A stretch of 64,000 nt of DNA from the sequence record MN715356, one strand, 5' to 3'. The DNA comes from Escherichia phage vB_EcoP_EcoN5. Under the pieces are notes generated by a model. The model was not told the DNA's origin. It made no database searches and saw only the letters and a program-made list of their open reading frames with translations. Position 1 is the stretch's first letter; each line of letters starts with the position of its first letter. The position numbers were made by a program, and so were the translations under genes. Below are positions 57,970-64,000 of this stretch, piece after piece.

Positions 57970-58933
57970 TGTAATACTCCACTAGTTCAGAAAAGAGAGA
58001 TGAGATTGTGTTACCAACTTCTTCAGTAGTAAGACCAGAGTTTGGTCCAGTACGTTGAATCAGTCGGGCTGTAAAGTTTTGGACTGTAATGTTTTCCAAC
58101 TTATTGTCTATTGCTTCACGTTTGTGACCATGACAGTTGGACCAGAGTCTTAACCACTCTGACATTGTTTCATACTCGTCCGGGTCTTGATCTTTAGCAC
58201 GAGCAAATCTTCGTAAGGCATCTTGGTTATGGTTGCGAACATAACCGTCCTTGTTGTCACCAACACCGAAGGGGTTTTGAACCCATACCTGCTTCGTGTA
58301 TTCATCAGAGTCTACAACCAAAGGAAGGAATGCTGCTGCTGACATATTGTTATTAACAACAATAGAGGTGCTCTCGCTACTCCCATTGACTCTTCCTCGT
58401 TGAGACCATCCACCGAAGAAGTCACGACCCAACCCAGCTAACACTAGAGCGATGCCGATGCGTTTACGCTTCAGCCACTCTTCCCTGTCTTCAATTCCTT
58501 CTGCTAGGAAATCCATTCCACGATACTGCCCTTCCAGGATGCTACGGAAGAGCATAAGTCCTGTGAAGATTTGATCTGCTGGATGCTCACGGAGGTTGAC
58601 AGCTACACTATTCGCTGAAGTGATTGTAAATACATCACGATAGCAAGACATAGAGTTCATAATATCTGCTGTTTCAACCAAGTTCTTTTCAATTTCAGAT
58701 GCAACATGACCATGAAAAGAGTGAGTCCAGTAATTCAACATCTCCAATTGCAAGTTGATATCACGGTTGAAGCGTCTATAACGCCCATCTTCAGTGATAA
58801 CTTCGCCATCAATATCATTTACGCATTGGCCTTGCATGTAGTTGTGAATACCGAAGCACCCACGACCTAAGAACTTCTGTTCCCCTAAATCCTGTTGAAG
58901 ATTCAGAGGTACGATCGTTGTGGAGATTGACAT
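57962..58933 (-). CDS. hypothetical protein
   Basis: 323-aa co-oriented ORF. Confidence 0.4.
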   Translation of the reverse strand: MSISTTIVPLNLQQDLGEQKFLGRGCFGIHNYMQGQCVNDIDGEVITEDGRYRRFNRDINLQLEMLNYWTHSFHGHVASEIEKNLVETADIMNSMSCYRDVFTITSANSVAVNLREHPADQIFTGLMLFRSILEGQYRGMDFLAEGIEDREEWLKRKRIGIALVLAGLGRDFFGGWSQRGRVNGSSESTSIVVNNNMSAAAFLPLVVDSDEYTKQVWVQNPFGVGDNKDGYVRNHNQDALRRFARAKDQDPDEYETMSEWLRLWSNCHGHKREAIDNKLENITVQNFTARLIQRTGPNSGLTTEEVGNTISSLFSELVEYYND

Positions 58934-58943
58934 AACTAACCTT

Positions 58944-60140
58944 TTATTTTCCTAAAAATAATCCGCTCATGACACCATCCCACTCAGAGGAAGGAATCAC
59001 TGAATACTCCGAACTTTGGTCCAGAGTCCCACTACTAAATCGCTGAACAATGTTGTAGATGTTGAACAGGTCTTTAGTCTCGGCACGAATGCCGTAGATT
59101 AGCCTGTTAGCTGTTTTCTCATTTTTAGACACGCGACGGGTAAAGTTAACCAAAAGATTATCACCTTTAAGTATCTCTGACCCATCTTTTACTAGATCGG
59201 GGTGCATCACTGGCAAGAACATTGAGTTGTTAACTCGTAATTCTGCTGTTTCATCATTCTCATAATGAATCCACTTAAAGTCTTCATCACGGAAATGACC
59301 ACACCCATCTCTGTATGACTGTTGACGCCAAGGAACTTGAAATGCTTCAGAGTGTTTATCAGCCATGCCGACTGTAAACAGCGACGCTGGGAAGATACAA
59401 GCATCCCAATCATTACCAACCAGAGTTGCTTTCGTTTCCCCTAAGAGGTTAGTGTAAGTGCTAACCATTCGTGAGTAAACGTAAGCCTGAAGAATTGTCC
59501 AGCCTTCAACCAACCATTTATGAAGGAAGGTTTCAACTTGACTCTCTTCATCTTCGCAATAGAAGGTTCTATCTAACATTAAATAGAACAGACAACGATC
59601 AGCAGGAACATTCTCAGTTGCTACCCCCATAAAGCCTTTCTCGTGCCAGCGTAAACAGGAGGGACGATCTTTGTCCACAAATGCTTCCATAGCTTCCAGT
59701 ACAGCACGAGGTGTGGTTCGATATTCAGGGTTTTTGTCGTTCCAACGATCAATGTTATTCTTAGGAGGTGTGTCTTCATCTTCATACGAACACCAACTTA
59801 AAGCTTCAGCTACGTGCTTTTCATCACGCCAGCGTCTAAAACCTAACATCTTCATGTGAGTTCCGGAGTTCCAGATATGCTTGATTTTACACATATCCAT
59901 CTCTCGGCTTAACAGGAATTCTTCCCCATCAGCACTACGAACGTTAGCCTCTTCATGCCACACTCGAACGTGCATATTCCACCCATGAGTTGCCTCATAC
60001 ATGTTAGGGTCGAAGTATTCATCTTCGTCATCATCTTCATCAACGCCACCGTTATAGTTGCGAAGCTGAAGGAACCCATAACAAGGAGGGTTGACCGTTA
60101 AAACATTACCTTCAGTATCTTCTAATGTTACTGGAAACAT
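58944..60140 (-). CDS. hypothetical protein (5' 162 nt lie inside the 1518-bp repeat)
   Basis: 398-aa co-oriented ORF; acidic N-terminal stretch DEDDDEDEY. Confidence 0.4.
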   Translation of the reverse strand: MFPVTLEDTEGNVLTVNPPCYGFLQLRNYNGGVDEDDDEDEYFDPNMYEATHGWNMHVRVWHEEANVRSADGEEFLLSREMDMCKIKHIWNSGTHMKMLGFRRWRDEKHVAEALSWCSYEDEDTPPKNNIDRWNDKNPEYRTTPRAVLEAMEAFVDKDRPSCLRWHEKGFMGVATENVPADRCLFYLMLDRTFYCEDEESQVETFLHKWLVEGWTILQAYVYSRMVSTYTNLLGETKATLVGNDWDACIFPASLFTVGMADKHSEAFQVPWRQQSYRDGCGHFRDEDFKWIHYENDETAELRVNNSMFLPVMHPDLVKDGSEILKGDNLLVNFTRRVSKNEKTANRLIYGIRAETKDLFNIYNIVQRFSSGTLDQSSEYSVIPSSEWDGVMSGLFLGK

Positions 60141-60151
60141 TATACCAACCT

Positions 60152-60514
60152 CTATTGGTTTTTAATCAACTCAATCGACTTACGGATATAAAGAATATCT
60201 CGGAAGTTTCGATAGTTGTTCATAAATTGGTGCTTCTGGAAAGTAGCTTCTTCCAGAGCTTTCTTTGCTTCTGCGTAATTTTTACGGGCAAGATGTACAA
60301 CCCGCTCTGGTAACACATTTGCACGACGGATGATATACTTGTGAGCTTTCATGTTGCTTTGCTCACGAGCAATCTTACATTTAGCAACTTTGATACCATT
60401 TGCAATCCAAGCAAGTTCTTGCTCAAGCTCATCGTTGGACATTCCACCGAGATTTGATGCAACCTTGTTCAGAGTTTCAATATTAACGTTGCCCTTAATG
60501 GGACGTGTATTCAT
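60152..60514 (-). CDS. hypothetical protein (within repeat copy 1)
   Basis: 120-aa ORF, basic helical. Confidence 0.4.
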   Translation of the reverse strand: MNTRPIKGNVNIETLNKVASNLGGMSNDELEQELAWIANGIKVAKCKIAREQSNMKAHKYIIRRANVLPERVVHLARKNYAEAKKALEEATFQKHQFMNNYRNFRDILYIRKSIELIKNQ

Positions 60515-60516
60515 AC

Positions 60517-60669
60517 TTACTCCTGTTGTTTACACTCGTCAATAACCCACTGATAAGTGGATTGCCCAGAAAAGAAACACTGAATAAATCCAGATGTTCT
60601 CTGCGTTACCAGTGCTAGTGCACAAATCACTACCGCTGCTGCTAGCAGTTTTAAATCTAATTTAGACAT
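60517..60669 (-). CDS. small hydrophobic protein (50 aa, within repeat copy 1)
   Basis: Unlisted ORF MSKLDLKLLAAAVVICALALV...; stop sits 2 nt before next start. Confidence 0.3.
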   Translation of the reverse strand: MSKLDLKLLAAAVVICALALVTQRTSGFIQCFFSGQSTYQWVIDECKQQE

Positions 60670-60906
60670 ATTTCCTCTCATTGAATTTAAAAAAGGACTC
60701 TCCGAAAAGAGCCAAGCTTTAAATCCAAAAAAAGATATTACCCAATATCTGTGGATAACCTGCTCTTAAAATATCTATCCGACGGATGTTTGAGGAACAC
60801 TCCTCTCCCTAGCATCGGCCCCATACGGGAAATATATTAAGATTAGGTTAGTTGAGTCAGAATAACTCACATAGCCCTCCGAGGAAGGCTATAGGTGTTA
60901 CTACAA

Positions 60907-61122
60907 CTAAAAATCACCTGATTTTACAAAATCATCACTAAGAATTTCGTCAATCTCTTTGCTAGTCAAATCTTTCCTGAACCAGCAACAAGGTACATCC
61001 ACCCATTGACCAGAGTTGTTTTCTACAGAGCATCTATTGCCTGTCTTACTCTTGCACTTATAGGTTTTACCTTTGTCTAGACGGTAGTGTATTCTGTAAA
61101 CGATCGACACAAGTGTTATCAT
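60907..61122 (-). CDS. hypothetical small Cys-containing protein (within repeat copy 1)
   Basis: 71-aa ORF with CKSKTGNRC...CC. Confidence 0.35.
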   Translation of the reverse strand: MITLVSIVYRIHYRLDKGKTYKCKSKTGNRCSVENNSGQWVDVPCCWFRKDLTSKEIDEILSDDFVKSGDF

Positions 61123-61355
61123 TACTCGCCTTTCTTAGCACGATCTTTGGCAGTTTTGCCAGTGCGGATGCGATGGGAAACGTTAACCAGAGTGCCACCA
61201 TCAACTACGGTAACGCTCTTGTTTTTAGCCAGATCGAACACAGTTTTCTCCGTGCCACCCAAGCGAATTTGCTTAGGCTCACTGAAGGTTTGGGTTGATT
61301 TAGATTGGAACTGAAACGGTTGACGGATTGCATCAATTGCACTTACTTTAGACAT
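61122..61355 (-). CDS. hypothetical small protein (within repeat copy 1)
   Basis: 77-aa ORF, 1-nt overlap with downstream gene. Confidence 0.4.
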   Translation of the reverse strand: MSKVSAIDAIRQPFQFQSKSTQTFSEPKQIRLGGTEKTVFDLAKNKSVTVVDGGTLVNVSHRIRTGKTAKDRAKKGE

Positions 61356-61490
61356 AGTGGAAATTCCTTAAAAAGTTATGGCTGCGTAGAGGGAATTCCC
61401 TACGCAAATTGGGCCGCCTAAAAAGAGGCGTCATAGTACTAAAAGGAGGAGAGAAGAGGGCTTATTTAGCTACCTTTTTCTGTCCGTTTA

Positions 61491-61658
61491 CAAACCCCAC
61501 CCATGAGTTGCCTCATACATGTTAGGGTCGAAGTATTCATCTTCGTCATCATCTTCATCAACGCCACCGTTATAGTTGCGAAGCTGAAGGAACCCATAAC
61601 AAGGAGGGTTGACCGTTAAAACATTACCTTCAGTATCTTCTAATGTTACTGGAAACAT
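61491..61658 (-). pseudogene. truncated duplicate of the 5' end of gene 58944..60140, created at the repeat junction
   Basis: First 54 codons identical to the 398-aa gene, then the frame runs into copy-1 tail and stops after 2 codons. Confidence 0.6.
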
Positions 61659-61669
61659 TATACCAACCT

Positions 61670-62032
61670 CTATTGGTTTTTAATCAACTCAATCGACTTA
61701 CGGATATAAAGAATATCTCGGAAGTTTCGATAGTTGTTCATAAATTGGTGCTTCTGGAAAGTAGCTTCTTCCAGAGCTTTCTTTGCTTCTGCGTAATTTT
61801 TACGGGCAAGATGTACAACCCGCTCTGGTAACACATTTGCACGACGGATGATATACTTGTGAGCTTTCATGTTGCTTTGCTCACGAGCAATCTTACATTT
61901 AGCAACTTTGATACCATTTGCAATCCAAGCAAGTTCTTGCTCAAGCTCATCGTTGGACATTCCACCGAGATTTGATGCAACCTTGTTCAGAGTTTCAATA
62001 TTAACGTTGCCCTTAATGGGACGTGTATTCAT
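61670..62032 (-). CDS. hypothetical protein (repeat copy 2 duplicate of 60152..60514)
   Basis: Identical 120-aa translation. Confidence 0.4.
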   Translation of the reverse strand: MNTRPIKGNVNIETLNKVASNLGGMSNDELEQELAWIANGIKVAKCKIAREQSNMKAHKYIIRRANVLPERVVHLARKNYAEAKKALEEATFQKHQFMNNYRNFRDILYIRKSIELIKNQ

Positions 62033-62034
62033 AC

Positions 62035-62187
62035 TTACTCCTGTTGTTTACACTCGTCAATAACCCACTGATAAGTGGATTGCCCAGAAAAGAAACACTG
62101 AATAAATCCAGATGTTCTCTGCGTTACCAGTGCTAGTGCACAAATCACTACCGCTGCTGCTAGCAGTTTTAAATCTAATTTAGACAT
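62035..62187 (-). CDS. small hydrophobic protein (repeat copy 2 duplicate)
   Basis: Identical to 60517..60669 at offset 1518. Confidence 0.3.
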   Translation of the reverse strand: MSKLDLKLLAAAVVICALALVTQRTSGFIQCFFSGQSTYQWVIDECKQQE

Positions 62188-62424
62188 ATTTCCTCTCATT
62201 GAATTTAAAAAAGGACTCTCCGAAAAGAGCCAAGCTTTAAATCCAAAAAAAGATATTACCCAATATCTGTGGATAACCTGCTCTTAAAATATCTATCCGA
62301 CGGATGTTTGAGGAACACTCCTCTCCCTAGCATCGGCCCCATACGGGAAATATATTAAGATTAGGTTAGTTGAGTCAGAATAACTCACATAGCCCTCCGA
62401 GGAAGGCTATAGGTGTTACTACAA

Positions 62425-62640
62425 CTAAAAATCACCTGATTTTACAAAATCATCACTAAGAATTTCGTCAATCTCTTTGCTAGTCAAATCTTTCCTGAAC
62501 CAGCAACAAGGTACATCCACCCATTGACCAGAGTTGTTTTCTACAGAGCATCTATTGCCTGTCTTACTCTTGCACTTATAGGTTTTACCTTTGTCTAGAC
62601 GGTAGTGTATTCTGTAAACGATCGACACAAGTGTTATCAT
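62425..62640 (-). CDS. hypothetical small protein (repeat copy 2 duplicate)
   Basis: Identical 71-aa translation. Confidence 0.35.
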   Translation of the reverse strand: MITLVSIVYRIHYRLDKGKTYKCKSKTGNRCSVENNSGQWVDVPCCWFRKDLTSKEIDEILSDDFVKSGDF

Positions 62641-62873
62641 TACTCGCCTTTCTTAGCACGATCTTTGGCAGTTTTGCCAGTGCGGATGCGATGGGAAACG
62701 TTAACCAGAGTGCCACCATCAACTACGGTAACGCTCTTGTTTTTAGCCAGATCGAACACAGTTTTCTCCGTGCCACCCAAGCGAATTTGCTTAGGCTCAC
62801 TGAAGGTTTGGGTTGATTTAGATTGGAACTGAAACGGTTGACGGATTGCATCAATTGCACTTACTTTAGACAT
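62640..62873 (-). CDS. hypothetical small protein (repeat copy 2 duplicate)
   Basis: Identical 77-aa translation. Confidence 0.4.
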   Translation of the reverse strand: MSKVSAIDAIRQPFQFQSKSTQTFSEPKQIRLGGTEKTVFDLAKNKSVTVVDGGTLVNVSHRIRTGKTAKDRAKKGE

Positions 62874-62979
62874 AGTGGAAATTCCTTAAAAAGTTATGGC
62901 TGCGTAGAGGGAATTCCCTACGCAAATTGGGCCGCCTAAAAAGAGGCGTCATAGTACTAAAAGGAGGAGAGAAGAGGGC

Positions 62980-63096
62980 TTATTTAGCTACCTTTTTCTG
63001 TCCGTTTACAAACCAGATAATCGAACCGTCAGGCTGTCGTTGACCGAAGCCTTTTTGGTTAATCATATCGTCATAAGAATATGCTTTACGTCTCAT
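62980..63096 (-). CDS. small hypothetical protein (38 aa) spanning the outer repeat boundary
   Basis: Unlisted ORF MRRKAYSYDDMINQKGFGQRQPDGSIIWFVNGQKKVAK; 5' part in unique DNA, 3' part inside repeat. Confidence 0.3.
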   Translation of the reverse strand: MRRKAYSYDDMINQKGFGQRQPDGSIIWFVNGQKKVAK

Positions 63097-63104
63097 TTGT
63101 TTTC

Positions 63105-63353
63105 CTACGAAGTTAGGATGATTTCAGCCTTAATAAACTTCTCACCAACAACCATGTCACCAGACACAGGACGAACCTCTCCAGTGCCTAGGTTAACAGC
63201 TCCAGCAGGTTGACAACCCATGCTCTTAGTTGTCAGCATGTAAATCTTTTGAAGATGGCACTCTTGGAGAGTGAACACATCTGACATATTTAGATCTTTA
63301 ACACGGAGGACTGTTTCCTCTTTGCTCTTAACTTTAATATGAATAGTGCTCAT
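63105..63353 (-). CDS. hypothetical small protein
   Basis: 82-aa co-oriented ORF. Confidence 0.35.
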   Translation of the reverse strand: MSTIHIKVKSKEETVLRVKDLNMSDVFTLQECHLQKIYMLTTKSMGCQPAGAVNLGTGEVRPVSGDMVVGEKFIKAEIILTS

Positions 63354-63355
63354 GA

Positions 63356-63601
63356 TTACTCCTGAACCACTGACATACGAATCATTTCCACCGGAGTGTC
63401 ACCTTTCATAACACCCAGCACACCAGTCAGAAGATTGACTGTAGTAATCCAACCCTCTTCTACAGAGATCTTGTTGGACACGTTATTAACACGCATGTAA
63501 TACTGAGGTGATGCTGTACCTCGCTGAACTACGAAAGGGTTTCCGGGGATGATAGTATCCAGCGGATGTGTGGTATCTTTAACCTTGGGGATAATTTTCA
63601 T
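63356..63601 (-). CDS. hypothetical small protein
   Basis: ORF 63356..63643 trimmed to ATG (MKIIPK) that overlaps upstream stop. Confidence 0.35.
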   Translation of the reverse strand: MKIIPKVKDTTHPLDTIIPGNPFVVQRGTASPQYYMRVNNVSNKISVEEGWITTVNLLTGVLGVMKGDTPVEMIRMSVVQE

Positions 63602-63602
63602 A

Positions 63603-63833
63603 TTATTTACCCTGAATAATAAGTTTGGATTCGAACAGCTCAACAGTATTGGTCAGAGGAACTGGAAAGAAAATATCTTTAGAGTTCCGAACACCCATTG
63701 CAGAGTGATCCCCTGTTTTTATCCAAAATTTAGCGATTACGTCGTTACCAGTAAAACGGAAAACATCTCCATTCTCTAAGTCAGAGAAAGTCTTGGAGGG
63801 TGCTTTGCTTTTTGGTACTAGCTCAAAGTTCAT
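63603..63833 (-). CDS. hypothetical small protein
   Basis: 76-aa co-oriented ORF. Confidence 0.35.
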   Translation of the reverse strand: MNFELVPKSKAPSKTFSDLENGDVFRFTGNDVIAKFWIKTGDHSAMGVRNSKDIFFPVPLTNTVELFESKLIIQGK

Positions 63834-63841
63834 CTTGATTC

Positions 63842-64000
63842 CTATTTAAGTTTGAGGCTAATGTTAAGGTGCATACATGCCCTGTTCTGTACAGCAGCAT
63901 AACTCCTACCGAGCATGTCAGCCATTTTCTGAATAGACATGAACCCAGCATTACGGATAAGGAACTGGTCTTCTTCTTTAGACCACTTGACTCGGATTGA
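63842..64000 (-). CDS. hypothetical protein, 3' end only (gene starts beyond window end); HTH-like
   Basis: Open frame from window end to TAG at 63842; C-terminal WSKEEDQFL...IQKMADMLGRSYAAVQNRA resembles Myb/SANT-type helix-turn-helix. Confidence 0.35.
   Translation of the reverse strand, partial: SIRVKWSKEEDQFLIRNAGFMSIQKMADMLGRSYAAVQNRACMHLNISLKLK

Larger units (their letters stand above)
59979..61496. repeat. 1518-bp direct repeat, copy 1
   Basis: Identical ORFs at offset 1518; boundaries found by base comparison (59978 T vs 61496 C mismatch, identity from 59979/61497). Confidence 0.9.
61497..63014. repeat. 1518-bp direct repeat, copy 2 (immediately tandem)
   Basis: Ends at 63014; unique sequence resumes with AGATAATCG. 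Confidence 0.9.

Noticed and set aside
59979-63014. CRISPR array or transposon explanation for the large repeat
   Set aside because: Only two long identical copies with no short repeat-spacer periodicity, no terminal inverted repeats and no transposase; tandem duplication or terminal redundancy fits better.
63610-63640. tRNA T-loop-like GTTCGAATCC on the minus strand
   Set aside because: Lies inside a protein-coding ORF (codes ...VELFESKL...) and flanking bases cannot form a T-stem or cloverleaf; no tRNA is claimed anywhere in the window.

Overview
This window is most of a tailed dsDNA phage genome (Caudoviricetes, apparently lytic, Gram-negative host inferred from lipoprotein/spanin-like genes and AAGGAG-type ribosome-binding sites), arranged as two convergent arms. 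Plus-strand arm (1..26547) is the virion module: 5'-truncated portal, scaffold, major capsid, Ig-like protein, three fibre/spike genes, a T4-type lysozyme, an SLT transglycosylase, Q/N-rich internal proteins and a 1474-aa ejection-type protein, ending at a bidirectional terminator (~26550..26592). Minus-strand arm (26909..64000) is replication and nucleotide metabolism with T7-like parts: primase-helicase, a DNA polymerase split into separate exonuclease and polymerase genes, gp2.5-like SSB, FEN-type exonuclease, ThyX-like, dCTP deaminase, thioredoxin, PhoH, an ECF-like sigma factor, a macro domain, Dps-like and CCA-type nucleotidyltransferase genes, and four HNH endonucleases. No terminase, RNA polymerase, integrase, tRNA or CRISPR array was found. 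The most unusual content is a minus-strand cluster of amide-bond enzymes (gamma-glutamyl cyclotransferase, ATP-grasp, class-II glutamine amidotransferase, YbdK-like ligase; 50237..56539) followed by four large unknown ORFs; the amidotransferase has no canonical start codon and seems to initiate at ATT. Two perfect tandem duplications are present: 465 bp in-frame inside the scaffold gene and 1518 bp at 59979..63014, the latter possibly a direct-terminal-repeat junction. All calls rest on reading translated ORFs for motifs; no database search was run.
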